Notes under the pieces: model-generated
The model's input: only the letters and a program-made list of their open reading frames with translations
Databases searched by the model: none
What the model was told of the DNA's origin: nothing
Assembly: GCF_006345805.1 (NCBI RefSeq)
Contig: NC_043003.1
Location: 38,998,001-39,062,000 of the forward strand
Reading direction: 5' to 3'
Length of the DNA stretch: 64,000 nt
Source of the DNA: Octopus sinensis
Taxonomy: Eukaryota
Part shown: positions 25,021 through 39,645 of the stretch, in pieces
Position numbering within the stretch: position 1 is the stretch's first letter
Layout: each line of letters starts with the position of its first letter
Made by a program: the position numbers and the translations under genes

Positions 25021-25913
25021 GTCTGATCAATAAATATTTGGACTGTTGCCATAGTAACGAAGCTAAATTATGCAGAGTGAAGCTGCTTGGCACAGATTAA
25101 CCTTGAACTCTGCTGTGCATGTGCATTAAGTTTTAACGTTCTAGATCACTTCCACTGTTTACAGCAGTGCTTGGAAAGAGCGGGTGTAGCGTGTGATCGT
25201 CGTATTCACCACAACAGAGAAAGTTGAGCAGAGAACCTGCATCAAATTTTGCCAAAAGCTTCGCGATACTTGTTCAGAAGCCTACGCAAAGTTTTCAAAA
25301 AGTTTTCATCGTTCTCGACGCAATCAAGGAGATCATTGTGTAACTGAAACCCGAGTGCCATTTTGGTCAGCTGAAAGCAGTTTTGGCACAAACTTGGCAG
25401 ACAAACATCTCATACCCAAATCTTTAGTGATAATGGACTGAACTGAACCGTACCTAATCTGCACATCCACAGACTGTGAATAAACGATTGTAATTCGACG
25501 GTTTCCCCTCTCAACTGAACGCACATCTGGAACGTTTTTCTCAGTTCAGCTGGTTGCGGGACTCCCAGAATGTTCGTCAATATCAACATGTTTTCTGCCA
25601 TTTTGGAAACGGTGAACCCTACCTGTACACTTGTGTGCGGCTCACACACTCCTCCCTATACCCTTTCTGCAACTTTGCGTAGGCCTTTGATCAGGTATCG
25701 CCATGATACCTTCCTCTGTCATGTTCAATGCGACGATCACACGCTACATACGTTCCTTCCAAGCACTGCTGTAAACAGCGAAAGTGAGCTAGAACGTTAA
25801 AACTTAGTACGCAAGCACTGGTAGAGTTCAAGGTCAATCTGTGCCAAGCAGCTTTACTCTGCGTGCTTTAGCATCGTTACTATGGCAACAGTCCGGATAC
25901 TTATCGATCAGTC
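25021..25913. mobile_element. Double-5'-end mariner derivative (copy 2)
   Basis: Same TIRs and same internal junction as 3883-4745. ORFs TEKVEQRTCIKFCQKL..CSEAYAK (+) and ENRRITI....IITKDLGMRCLSAKFVPKLLSADQ (-). Confidence 0.88.
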
Positions 25914-26052
25914 TAAGTATATTTGAATACGTGATTGTATTAGTATGTTTGTTTCTCTCCCTCTGTCTGTCTTGTCTGTCTTGTCTGTCTGTCTGTCTGT
26001 CTGTCTCTCTCCATCTCTCTCTCTCACTCTCTCTCTCCCTCTCTCTCCATCC

Positions 26053-26139
<87 letters not shown>

Positions 26140-27586
26140 CCTACCTATTTATCTAAGTATCTATCTTTTTTTTTCTTTGTGTCCCACCCATCCCACCTCG
26201 AAAAGAAAAAACTCTACATTGTATTTCGTCCATTTTTATTCTGTGTTTAGCCCTGTGTGGCCACAATAAAAATTTATCTTTATAATGACGGATGAGGGTC
26301 CCGCAATTTCTTCCTGAGCAACCACACAGATAATTTGTTTACAGTTGTAAGATGTTTTTGTTCACATAAGCTTACTCCTACCATCAATTCGGCATTGTCT
26401 GTACAGGTGCATATGTGTGACACGCGTCAGATGTCGAAATGATCGTAGAGCAACGCGAAAGGAAGTGTTTTGCCCAAGAACACAACGTACTGCTTGGACT
26501 GGAAATCGAAACCACGCTCTCACTGTCGTGGATGCAACACCATAACCACCAGGCCATTCTATTCTAATTGTTAGTAAAGATACAGGGCGCTCAATATTGA
26601 TTCAGCATAAAGGCAGTTTCGTTGGGTCTGTTGATCTTACATGTCAATGAATTTGAAAATATAATTATTCTAGGTGGTGTGAATCACTTAAAACATCTTT
26701 GTGTATGACTGACATGCATTAGGGTGTTCTTTGAAAATTTTAAGGAGTTATTTAAACAAGTATCGCGAAGCGAAAGTTAGTTCTTTTTATTTAAATGTAG
26801 AAGTAAATAACGGATGATATCGTGTTTCTCTTCAAAGCAGGCCTCGCAAAATTTCGATCCGTTCTAAAATGTATTTAAGTATTTTATTTAACACTGTCCA
26901 TGAAATGCCTATGACCTCTCCTTTATCTCTCGAAGTCAGATATACATGGAAGGTATTGTGCTGTTTTCTGAGAGCTGATGAGAGCAAGCTATTAGGCTGG
27001 TTTTTATCAACATAACAAAACTGCATATATACACATATACACATACATACATACATACATACATACTACATACATACATACATACATACATACATACATG
27101 CATACATACATATGGTTCAAAGTAATCCCCAAAAAGAACAAAAACAACAAAAAAAGATAATGACAAGTGAAGGAACAACAAACAAGGTGTATTAGTTTGA
27201 TACTCAGGAAAAAAACGGAGAAGTCTTTGACGTTTCAAACCTACTCTCTCCTACAGAAAAGAATGAGGAAAGAAAATAGAGGGAGGGAGAGGAGAAAACG
27301 GAAAGAAAAGACGTATTTTGATTAATGGTTGCAGACACACACACACACACAACACATATGTATATAGTCGGTGCGCCCACACTAAGACACATCCACAATA
27401 CACAGCTGTTCATACGCACACACACACACTGCTTTCTCATCTCTAACTCTTTCTCCCATTGTCTATCCAACATACATGCATATAATAGACACTCATTGAG
27501 ACAGGCATTCTAACGCACCAACCCGCTCAGTTACATACGTATTCATTCATACATTAAAGCAGTATGGTGTACATACAGGTGCATTG

Positions 27587-27641
<55 letters not shown>

Positions 27642-27653
27642 CATACATACATA

Positions 27654-27821
27654 GACGCAAGAGTGACTGTGTGGTAAGTGACTTGCTTACCAACTACATG
27701 GTTTCGGGTTCAGTCCCACTGCGTGGCAATTTGGCCAAGTGTCTTCTGCTGGGCCTCGGCCAACCAACACTTGTGAGTGGATTTGGTAGACGGAAACTGA
27801 AAGAAGCCTGTCGTATATATG

Positions 27822-27914
<93 letters not shown>

Positions 27915-28060
27915 ATGTGTGTGTGTATGTGTTTTCCCCCCAACAAAGCTTGACAACCAATGCTGGTGTGTTTACTAGACTTACAAAGAATAAGTTTTGG
28001 GGTCGATCTGCTCGACTAAAGGTGGTGCTCCAACATGGCCACAATCAAATATCTGAAAGA
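27654..28060 (+). mobile_element. SINE family A copy
   Basis: Head, (TA)n and tail as in other copies. Further copies or parts at 10228-10630, 20025-20262, 21080-21290, 24205-24350, 29870-30080, 30700-31098 (minus) and 55317-56045. Confidence 0.85.
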
Positions 28061-28370
28061 AATACACGAATAAATGTGCAAGAATATATATATATCCGCA
28101 TACAAAACCACGCAGTTAGCCCCCCCCCCATGTAGATACAAACAGATCATGTAGATACAAACAGATATATACATCTATTACGAATAGCGAATCTAAAGCA
28201 GGTGTCTGCAGACCTATACTGATACACATACACACGCGCACACACTCACAAACACACACACACCACACACACCACACACACACACACACACAGGTACATA
28301 CATTCATTATACATCACCCATCTACTAGCTCAAACAAACAGACAGATAGACACACTCGTGCACACACACG

Positions 28371-28417
<47 letters not shown>

Positions 28418-29475
28418 GTACATTCATTCATTCTACATCCACAAGTTAACATGAAGCCTCTTCATGGTCGTTCAGCCTGCTTGACATAGCAGCCAGTTCC
28501 TCTTTCTTGTTGTTTTCAAATACAGCCTAGTGTTTATAAAACAGAAAAGGCGCATTGGACACTATAGTCCATGATATACGATGGTAACTACTGAAACGCC
28601 TCTGAACGTTTGGTTACGAAATGAAAGCAGATCTAAGGTTAAAGAACAACAGGACATAGTAGCAGTAGTACCACAACCACTATCATAACACAACAACAAC
28701 AACAACAACAACACTTTGACCAGCCAACACTGACCCTGAGCCAATTAGAAACACACTAGGCAGCGTTTCCGCCTGCTGGTGATAGCAGCCAAATCCCTCT
28801 CAAATCACACTCTCACCACCTTTGAAAACAAGTATGTACGATGAGGACTTACTTGGTCCTAAACAACAACATCACAGATACATTTAAATATATACGTTCA
28901 CACACGCATACACATACGCTCCTTTTGTGAGTCTGCTTGTTGGTCTCTCTCTCTCTCTATCTATCTTTCTCTCCCACACACATAACGAGACACAGCTACA
29001 CGTGTATAATTCATATCCTATCTCCCGCATTCACATATGGAAGAGTACTCTCACAAACATAATACAACAACTCTATGTGAACTGTCACCGAAAGGTGACA
29101 AAGCACGCATCTACCCGATCGATCTAACCAGCTGCGACACTTATCAAGGGTTCTTCCAGTTGTAGACAACTTAATTCCATGACACGTTCTGACGTCATCA
29201 GTTATCAATGCACATTTCGCTGATCAATAGAGGCGCATTAAGCCAGGCTCGATGCTGCTTCTGATCAATAACCTTCTTTTTTCTGTAGCTGTATAAGACT
29301 GTCGTTTGTCTGCCGTTGTGAACACGCAACGTCAAAACACTTCAAAGAACCAGATACGGATAATAAAGCTAGCTGTATATAAAAGAGACTGCGGATATGC
29401 TGCCACACTTACGTATATTATAATACATACATATATACATACACATATATATGTATATATATATATGTGTATATA

Positions 29476-29530
<55 letters not shown>

Positions 29531-29635
29531 ATATTGAAATAAATTTAAATAAATTTAAATACTAAATATCAGTAAACTTAGCTTTGAGAGTAATATAAGA
29601 GTGTCGATATATATATTTATATAAAAGAAACTCAT

Positions 29636-29850
29636 ATTATGCGGAAAGAATCCCTGGAGAAGGACATCATGCTCGGAATGGTCAGTGGCAAGAGAGGAAG
29701 AGGCCGACCAAGAACCCGCTGGCTTGACACCATCAGGAGTGATACTGGAATGGACATGGCCAGTCTGAAGGAAGCGGCCCAGGATAGAACTGACTGGAGG
29801 ACACTGATCCAACGAGTGACGGAGAGTCGACTTCGACTAAGCGGATAGAG
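29636..29850 (+). mobile_element. RTE-BovB-like LINE 3' end (5'-truncated, ORF intact to the stop codon)
   Basis: RKESLEKDIMLGMVSGKRGRGRPRTRWLDTIRSDTGMDMASLKEAAQDRTDWRTLIQRVTESRLRLSG*. Confidence 0.88.
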
Positions 29851-30635
29851 AGAGATAAAAGAAAACTGTCGTGTATATATGAATATATATATATGTATAT
29901 GTATATCTATGTATGTGTGTATTTGTGCCTGTGTTTGTCCTCCTACCACCGCTTGATAAACGGTGTTGATATGTTTATATTTCTGTAACTTAGCAGTTCG
30001 GCTAAACAGAGCGATAGAATAAGTATCATGCTTAAAAAATAAAATGTAATGAGTTCGATTTATTCGACTAAAATTCTTCAATTTTATATTTTTGATGCGT
30101 GGAAAAATGAGGAGAGTATCTCGTGATGGATTGAGAAACGTTTTCACAGCTTGTCGACAGCTATTCGGAGAAAACGTACGTGGTTTTCTACCCAAATTAC
30201 TAGCATGGAATATTCATCTCTAATATAGGGTAGTCCTAAATTACACTATCACCGTAGCGGATAGCTTAGTTTGCATATTTGGGCAAATGTACATATACAT
30301 AAATACACAAAGGTACATAAGCATGCAGTTACGCACACACGCTGGTGCCGATACGCAAACAGACAGTCACATGCGCGCGCACACTGAAAGTGTGCACTTA
30401 CCAAAACATCCAGTCATATGCAGGCACATTAATATAGTCAGATATATATATATATACTCACTCACACATCTCACAAGCATACGCAAATGCTCATAAGCAT
30501 ACACATAAAACATACACACATACTCATTAGCAGGCAGGTGAAGGCACACGTAAATACCTAAAGTGACACGTTTCAACAATTGTGAAGATTTCTTCATATG
30601 AAACCATTGGTTGCCTTGTTAAACCACAAATAAAA

Positions 30636-30682
<47 letters not shown>

Positions 30683-33539
30683 TTGTAGTATTTTACGTGT
30701 TTCATTCATTAGGCTACGGCCATGCTGGGGCACCGCCTTGAAGAATTTTAGTCGAATAAGTCGACTTCAGTACTTTTATTTTTTTTATCTTGGTACTTAT
30801 TCTATCGCTCTCTTTAGCCGAACTGCTAAGTTACAGGGATATAAACACATCAACACCGGTTGTCAAGCGGTGGTAGGAGGACAAACACACACACAAAGAC
30901 ACACACACATAGATATACACATATTCATATATACACGACAGGTTTCTTTTTGTTTCTCTCTACCAAATCCACTCACAAGATTTTGGTCGGCCCGGGGCTA
31001 TAGCAGAAGGCATTTGCCCAAGTTGTCACATAGTGGGACTGAACCCGGAACCATGCGGTTGGGAAGCAAGCTTCTTACCACACAGCCACTCCTGCACCTA
31101 TATATAATTTTCATAAGGAAAGGTTGATAATTACTTCAAAGTTTTGACTTTGAAACCTTGGTCGGAAAGTGCGATGAAAGTTAACATAGTCGAATGTCAA
31201 CAGGACCGAAATAATTGTCAACTTGTAAAAAATAAATAAACGAATACATGCTAATCTACTGAATAATACTGAACGAACCTTCAATTTCACGTTTGACTCT
31301 TTTTATATATAAATATAAATGCTAACAGACATTAATGCAGGCGCGCACACACACAGGATTTCCAAATTTCCAAGTATTATCAAATAACGCTTTCTCCATT
31401 ACTATAATCAGTCGGTCATACGCACTGAAAGTTCGTGCCTTCCCCTTTCACTGTCCTTTTCGCTGTGCTGATATGTGTGTGGATTGCTGGGTGTGCGTAT
31501 TTCTGAGGAGTGTGCAGTACTGTTATTATTTTTATGAGGATTGGAGGGTTGTAGGCTTCTCCAAACCTACATCAAGGGGGTTAGTCTCTTGTTTCTTTTT
31601 ACATTAGTGTATTTTACTGCGCATGATTTGTGTAATATAGGTTGTATTATTTTCTTGGGCCTTAATCTTGTATAGTGCGTGTTGCATGAATTGTGTTATT
31701 TTCAATTATTAGGTGCAAAATGTATCTTTTCTATGTATCCATTGACGTACATGCATAAACGTATTTGCAGACATACATCCACATATTTATAGACAAAGAT
31801 ATACATGTTCATGCATGTGTAAAAAAATTTCCATACTGTGAAACTGAGAACTAGTGTGATAGATAAAGATTTAAAGCGTGTGAAGAGAGATACACAAATG
31901 GTGTGAAAGAGATAGATACGTAGACACTCAAACAGACAGTCCAAGAAATGAATAGATGGATAGACAAATAGACAACAGGCAGATAGTTAATTTTACATGT
32001 ATAAATGTATTTATCTATATATTAAGTCAGGTCACTCTTAGTGCTACTGGGAACTTGTAACTCAGTAGAACTTGTATCTCCGGGGGATCATCGGTGACTA
32101 AACCAGCAACACTATCAAGACTGCTTGGGAAAGAAAGTGATTTTCGTTAGTGAACAAGTGGGACGAAAAACAGAACCTGTCAAAAGACAGACGAACTTAG
32201 TAGAGTCAACGGTCATCCAAAATCTGGGAGTGAGAGATTCCTAGTTTTTGTTTAGACATCTTTCAAGGAGTAAATTGCGAAAAACACCTGCCTGACTGTG
32301 AAGTCGAAAATCTCGCTCTTGCTTGTTTCTGGACTACTTGGCTTTGTAGGTTAGAGACTTAGCGGTTATTTATCTTCTGATTTCTGCTACGTAGTGCATA
32401 CATGTGACTGTGTGTATGTGCGCACATGTGGACTCAGAAAGTAAAGACGGACGAAATGCCACTAAGCATTTTTCTCGGCATACTATTGATGCGTGCATGT
32501 GAGCAGGATTCGTTGATTCTGTCGTCCCTAGTATTTTAGAAGTACTTTATTTTATCAGGATCGGGAGAATGAAAGGCAAAATTAACCACAGTGGGATTTG
32601 AACTCCGAACGTAGAGAGTTGGAAGAATTATCATAAAGTATTTTGTCTGAAGCTTGAACGAATCTACGAATTCACTTCCATAATACTAATAATAATCATA
32701 AAAATGATAGTAATCCTTTCTACTACAGGCACAAGGCCTAGAATTTGGGGGACGAAGATAGTCGATTACATAGACCCAGACTTCAAAAGAATGAAGGGCA
32801 AAGTCAACTTCGGCGGAGTTTAGACTCAAAACGGAAGGACGAACGAAATACCGTTAAACATTTTGCCTAGCGTGTTGACGATTCTTCCAGCTCGCCACCG
32901 TGATGATGATGATAATGATGATGATGATACGAAAAGAAGCACAAAATGCCATAACAAAGCTCACAACACTAGACACTGCTCTAAAAAAACTCTTCTAGGA
33001 AAAGCACACATCTTCTGCAAGACACTATCAATTCGCTAGAATAGCCTATACGATTCAATGGAATAGCTCAAACAGAACTATCTTTACACAACTTATACCT
33101 CATAAATAAGCACCTAATAATTGAAAATAACACAATTCATGCAACATGCACTACACAAGATTAAGGCCCAAGAATTTATATTACACAAATCACGCGCAGC
33201 AAAATACACTAATGTAAAAAAAATACAAGAAACTAACCCCCTTAAAACAAACTGGTGAAGTACACTAAAAGGAGGAGTCTACAACCCTCCAATTCCCACA
33301 AAAATAATAACAGTACTGCACACACCTCAGAAATACGGAGATGCACCAGGTGGTGCAGTAGAAACTCGCATTAAATTACTGAATAACAACAACAATGATA
33401 AACGATTTTCTTTTATTTGACGTTACAAAGACAGTTTACAATTTGTGTGGCGGTTTACATTAAAGATGAGAAGAAGAAAGAAAAAAGAGAAAACAAGATA
33501 AAAGTATACATAGTATGCAAAACATGTGAACACTCTTTT

Positions 33540-33900
33540 GATTCAGTCCTACTGGCAAAGAAAAACCTCAATTAGGGCCTATCAAGCAACCCCACAGATC
33601 AAAAATTCCCCTGACCACCAAAAGCACAAACTCATGCCCAACTGTTGTTCTCCAATCTACGGGAGCATGCTTAGAGTAGTTCCACCCACACTGACCATTT
33701 TGGCCATAGTTACCCATCAACTTTACTAATTCACTGGGGGAAAGCACTTACCTCTCCACCTTCACCTTCCTTTCCAAGTGGAACCTAAAAAAAGTCGATG
33801 AGGGCTTAACCGAAGAGGATGGTGTTTTTCCTTAATTCTTTTTGTCTCATCCGCTGCGCAAATTCTTTCGCCATAGCTACTAGACAGAGGAACTACGCCT
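33540..33900 (-). mobile_element. Tx1/L1-type LINE 3' relic
   Basis: Minus strand LVAMAKE...ALIDFF(R)FHLERKVKVER.VLSPS..., homologous to 62500-62740. Confidence 0.7.
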
Positions 33901-34181
33901 ATCGTACCATGTTAAAGGTGGGTGGTGGGTGAATCTCACGATTGACCCGGTCAATAAATAATAGTAATATAAGTTCACTGCAAGGCGTCGAGCTGGCAGA
34001 ATCGTTAGCATACCGAGGAAAATGCTTAGTGACATTTGGTCTGTCTTTACTTTCTGAGTTCAAATTTTTCTGAGGTTGACATTGCCTTTCATCCTTTCGG
34101 CGTCGATAAAATAAGTACCAGTTGTGTACTGGAGTCGATGTAATCGACTTATCCCCTCCCACAAAATTTGAGGCTTTGTGA

Positions 34182-34229
<48 letters not shown>

Positions 34230-34313
34230 CTTCTTTTTCTTCTTCTTTCAAATTTGCTTCCATTTCTTGCCGAGTGTCTTCCCGACTCCTAGGGCAAAGA
34301 AACTCATAGTATA

Positions 34314-34390
<77 letters not shown>

Positions 34391-34823
34391 CATTATTGAG
34401 TGAGAGAGCAGTGCATGCCATCAAAGTGGTACTGGGGTAAAATAAACATGATAACACTTCCAATTAGTTAAGATTGGAAGCCACAAGAGCCACTGCCTCG
34501 TACTGCATCAGGGCATTTTGTCATTATTATCATTATTATTATTACATGAATTCATCAGAGAGAGAAGAGCAAAGCCAATGGCCTATTTGAGGACATTGGC
34601 TCTCGCAGGAGGAAGTTTTCCCCGACCATGTCTCTGACATGAATACTTACAACAGAGCGCTCTCCGCTAAAGGCACCCAAGAACTGAAGTGGGGGGAGAC
34701 TGAGATTTATATTGGACTACGAATTAAGTCTGCCAGAGGAACATAACGGATAAGGAAGGATAGCGTTCATGGTCTTTGTAAGCTATTACTAATCGATGAG
34801 TACTGCCCAGTACTGCATCAGGG

Positions 34824-34896
<73 letters not shown>

Positions 34897-34909
34897 GTGG
34901 TAGTGGTGA

Positions 34910-36790
34910 TGGCGTGGTAGAATCAATTAGGCATCAATAAAATGCTTTTAAAATATTTGTTCCAGCTCTGTACATTCTGAGTTCATACCTTGTAGGGGTT
35001 GTCTCTACTTTTCATCCCTTCGAAATCGATAAATGTAAGCACAAGTTTAACATTCGAGTTGATGTAATTGACTTTCCGTCTCCTCTCAAAATTTCTGGCC
35101 TGGTACTGAAATGAGAAAGAATATAAGGTGAAAGGGCGGTGGATTTGCTGAATCTTTAGAGCAACAACCAAAAATTCTTGCAGTATTTAACTTTAGCATT
35201 TTACACTCTGAGCTCAGATCCTGTCAGAGTAGACGTTGCTTTATAATCTTCTGGAATTAAGGGGCTTAAGCACCAGCCAAGTATTGAGTTGATTCAATTG
35301 ATTATTGTTTCCCCTCTTCCCCCTAATTGTATGTCTTTTGTCTATATAAGAAATCAATATAACGGTTTAAATTACTTGCACAATATATTGTTTCCAAAGC
35401 AAGTTTCAGCTTGAGAAATTATAGGGTACAACAAACCTAGGGGCAGCTCTTCACAGCTGTAATCCAAAATAATTATAAATAACGAATCTCAAATAAAATC
35501 TAGTTTTACCTGTTATTTTATTGAATCTTTTTCACTAGTTTGATTTCTTTATTTTCTTTTTATTTTACTATTCTCTGCTGTAGAGTACACCCTCATGTTC
35601 TTCACTTTCTATGGACGGTTTTTATAACAATTTAGATGGAAATAGATTGCAAGTCTCTCACACAACTCTTCTCCATTTCTTGGAAAAATTAGACATTTCT
35701 TGTGGTTCCCGACCCTCCCATAGTTCAGCGTGACCGATTCTGAAAGAGAGGAATCGAATTCAAGACTTGACTGGTACTTTATTGTTATCGACAATGAAGT
35801 CCTAGAATGCAAAGCAAAGTTGACTGGCGAGGTTTGATCTCAGATACTAACGAACAGAAATAATTACGCACTGCTGTTTTTACTCCTGATGCTTGAACCA
35901 TTCTGCTAATCCACCATTAACCTAATACTCAGATAAGTACCACGCCTAATACAGTTTATACGCTGAGTTTCATGACCATCCAAAACTCTGACATAATATT
36001 CATTGTAACTGCTTGTTTCAGCTCAGTTTGTTTCTTATATAAATAGAGGAGGACGGCTAACTGGAAAATTCTTTAGCACGCCAGAAAAATTGCTTAACGA
36101 CATTTCTTTCCACTTTACCATCTAAGTTTAAATGCCGCTGAAGGTTGACTTTGTCTTTCATCCTTTTGGGGTCGATAGAAGTAAGTACTAGAATTGAGGT
36201 AATCGACTTCACCCTACCTTCGGTATTGCTGACCTTACGCCAAAAATTAGAAAGAATAAGAGCATTCAGGGAGCGCAAACCTCTGCCAAGGCAGCACTCA
36301 ACGATTAGCCGGAGATGATTTTTAAAATGAGAATATCTGAAATAAACTCGACTGCTCTCAAAAATTAAGTTAAAAAACCGGAAAAATAATCCAGAATCCT
36401 TGTCCGGTATCGGATCGATTCCAAAATCTAAGCAGTTCGTGCCAGTCACGAGGCCAAATATCCCTGAAAGTTTTATCCGAATCCATCCAGTGGTTCTTGA
36501 GATATCTTGTCCACGGCCAAACAAGCAAACAAATGCGACTGAAACAATTCCTCCACCTTCGCTAAGACGGAAGTAATTATATAGAGTAAAAGGTAGTGAG
36601 CTGACATAATCATTAGGGCGTCAGAAAATTGCTTTACTGTGTTTCCTTTTGGCTCTTTACATTGTGAGTTTAAATCTCGTCGAGGTCAACTTTGTCTCTC
36701 ATCCTTTCGGGGTCGGTAAAATAAAGAACCAGTTTAACACCCGAAGTTGATTTAATCAACTAATATTCTCCCTTCAAAATCGTTGCCAAT
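34910..36790 (+). mobile_element. Cluster of at least five old family B SINE copies in the same orientation
   Basis: Repeated head and central-domain motifs at about 34910, 35130, 35750, 36050 and 36590. Confidence 0.65.
36290..36580 (+). mobile_element. Non-autonomous Helentron/HINE-like element
   Basis: (CAAA) repeats followed by a decayed terminal stem-loop cctccaccttcgctaagacggaag and taatta. Confidence 0.5.
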
Positions 36791-36889
36791 ATAAGAAATA
36801 ATTGTATAGACTGAGAAATGGTTCAGAATAGCAGAAGCCGATATGAAAGCGTTAGATGAAATTATCATCTGGATCACCTAGATTGGCCA

Positions 36890-37230
36890 GGCTGTCTAGT
36901 GCCGAGTCGACTCTACTGGCCACAGTATTTGTTCCATTATCCGAGTGGTCTCTTCCGTTCGCGCGAGTACTACTCGACAACTGCACGGGTCCACCTATTG
37001 TCTGTGAACCTTGCGACATGATCGTGGTGGTATTCTGCGACAACGTCCTTCAATCCAGTTCTATTCTTGATCGCCTCGTTCCTGATGTGATCTCTTAGCG
37101 AGATTCCCAGCATCGACCTTTCCATGGCTCTCAAAGCCGTAAGCAGATATTGTTCTCTCTTCGTCAAGGCCCAAGTCTCACATGCGTATAGCGTCAACCT
37201 CTTGAACAGCACAGTCTTGCCTGCAAAAGA
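36890..37230 (-). mobile_element. RTE-clade LINE RT C-terminal relic with an internal deletion
   Basis: LYACETWALTKREQ..LRAMERSMLGISLRDHIRNEAIKNRTGLKDVV..HVARFTDNRWTRAVVE*YSRERKRPLG. Confidence 0.88.
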
Positions 37231-39099
37231 TGAAGAAATAGGAAGGAATAAATAATGTAGAAATTGGTTCTTTTCGTATCTTTGTATCAGAGTTGTGTAG
37301 TTCATTTAGAACAGTAAAATTCCTCAATTCATTTTCATCAACGCTTCCAGGATATGAAGAGTTGTTGGTTTCTGTTACTGCACCGTTTTATAGAAGGCAG
37401 TATTCTTTATACAGATTTTACTGTCAGAATTTCAATGTTAGAGTTCCACATTAAATCAGTGTTTTGAAATTATTTGTCAATGATGAAGTGATTATCTTGT
37501 GATTTGTGTTTGTTGTTTGTGTGTTAATTGTAACCTTGTGTTTCGATATGGATTTTGCTTCTTAAGCCGATCGTCTACCTCGACGGGGAATTCTATAAAG
37601 TATTATATGTCAATATTTTTCTATCTAGTTTGTTTTGTGATGTAGTGTACTGCAGTTTCTCCTTATTGTAAATGCATGTTGAGCTTACGAGAGAGTGTTG
37701 TACTTGTCTGGCCAATGTAACAGTTAGAATTGTGAGGGTAACAACTTTCTCGTTTAGTAATATATTACAAAAACAATAAGATCAAAAACCTTATTATTAG
37801 CAATACACCACAAGCGTGCAAAACAGAGAACAAGCTACAAATGTGCAATATAAAGATGACTGTAAAAGCGAATATTAATTGTATCACTTGAAATGAATCG
37901 AAAAAGATATGAAAAATAAATTAATCCATCAAACGAAATGTATATTGTTACTTTTGAATGCCAAAGTCTGTTTCTCATTCAATTTATTATAAGGAAAATA
38001 TGTATTCAATTATTATTATATTTTGGAAAGGCATATTGATAACGCCTACAATCACGCCCGCCGATTGTTCGTCACTTTAGATTTTTGTTATATTAAAAAA
38101 CGAAATAGGTATTCCATATTTCTTATTCTCCAATAACATTAATAAAAGCCTGATTCTTTAATAACATTCAGCTAGAATAACTTGTCTGATGATAAGGCTT
38201 CAAAGATTTTTCAACATTAAATATATATCTTTCTCCTAACTAAATATCAATCTATTAGGTTCAGTAATTACTTGGTTTAGGTTTCTGTTTCTCTCCTACT
38301 GTGTGGCGTACTGGTTAAGTGCTTTCTAGTGAAGTCTAAAATCACTCAGTACCTTGTGCGTTAAATTTGGAAGACGGAAACTGCTTTAAATCAGTTTTTA
38401 TGTGGTTGACTTATTCAGTCGCGCTGTGTAACACCACATGACTCTTAGATGCCTTTGTAGCAGTATACTCTGTTGCAAAAATGTTTCTGGTCAGAAAATA
38501 AATTCCAATCGTCTTCTCACTTGTCACAGAGGCTGTGAAAGCTGTCACGAGTAATGTTCTTTCTCTTACAACTATGTCGTTAAAAAACAAAACAGGGCAA
38601 AACGAAAAAAAAAAACCAACAAAAAAAACCCCCAATTGAAATAATTTTTTATTGATTTTTTTTGCACTATTAATTTCATGTTTTGGGAGGAAGTTTTTAA
38701 AAACAACACTATCTACACTATTTTGATATGTGCCAGTAGTTATCTTTGATGTCACTCTGGACTATGTAACACAGCTGGCAATAAGACACCAGATGCCAAA
38801 TGGAGACCAAACCGATTGAATCACACAGATGAAAATACTAAAACATGCTTCACCAACAAAGATGAGATCTACTTCAAAAAATTATAATCGCATTTATCTT
38901 TCTTTTGTATGAAGGTGTTTGTTAGTTATTTGCACGCACTCACACACACAGACACACGAGATTTAAACTTAGAATGTAGACGGCCGACTAAATACTGATT
39001 TCGTTTTTGTATGTATATTTTGCAAGATTCTGGATATGACATCGTATGGTGAAACATGTAGAACTTTGTGAGCGTCATTTCGCCAATAAACACACATAC

Positions 39100-39135
<36 letters not shown>

Positions 39136-39169
39136 CACACACACACTGGTTTGCATTCATTTATTATTA

Positions 39170-39368
39170 TCATCATCATCATCATCGTCATTATTATCAT
39201 TATTATTATTATTATTATTATTATCATTATTATTATTATTATTACTCTCCGCTAGGGTCGATTTTGCCTTCCATCCTTTCAGGGACGATCAAATCAGTAC
39301 CAGTCAAGTACTGGGGTCAATGTAAACGACTATACCCCGTCCCCAAAATTTCAGGCCTTGTGCCTGAA

Positions 39369-39415
<47 letters not shown>

Positions 39416-39439
39416 TACTACTACTACTACTACTACTAC

Positions 39440-39506
<67 letters not shown>

Positions 39507-39645
39507 GATAGTGATAATAATGATAATAATGATGATAGGGATGATAATAATAATGATGATGATGATAGTAATAATAACAATAATAATAATAATAATAATA
39601 ATAATTATTATTATTATCATTATTATTATTATTATTATTATTACT
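39170..39645. repeat. Compound trinucleotide microsatellites (ATT/CAT, TAC, AAT/GAT) around a family B fragment
   Basis: Direct inspection. Confidence 0.95.

Noticed and set aside
29190-29385. TGACGTCA plus TATATAAAAG and a DCGYA peptide, as a possible promoter or first exon of the mannosidase
   Set aside because: No signal-peptide ORF or phase-0 donor follows; such motifs are common in AT-rich DNA.
36852-37043. Ser/Thr-rich minus ORF
   Set aside because: It is an alternative frame of the RTE relic.
37351-37460. Strong acceptor followed by GYE, and a MKSCWFLLL ORF, as candidate exon 1
   Set aside because: No correctly phased donor; both frames end in stops.
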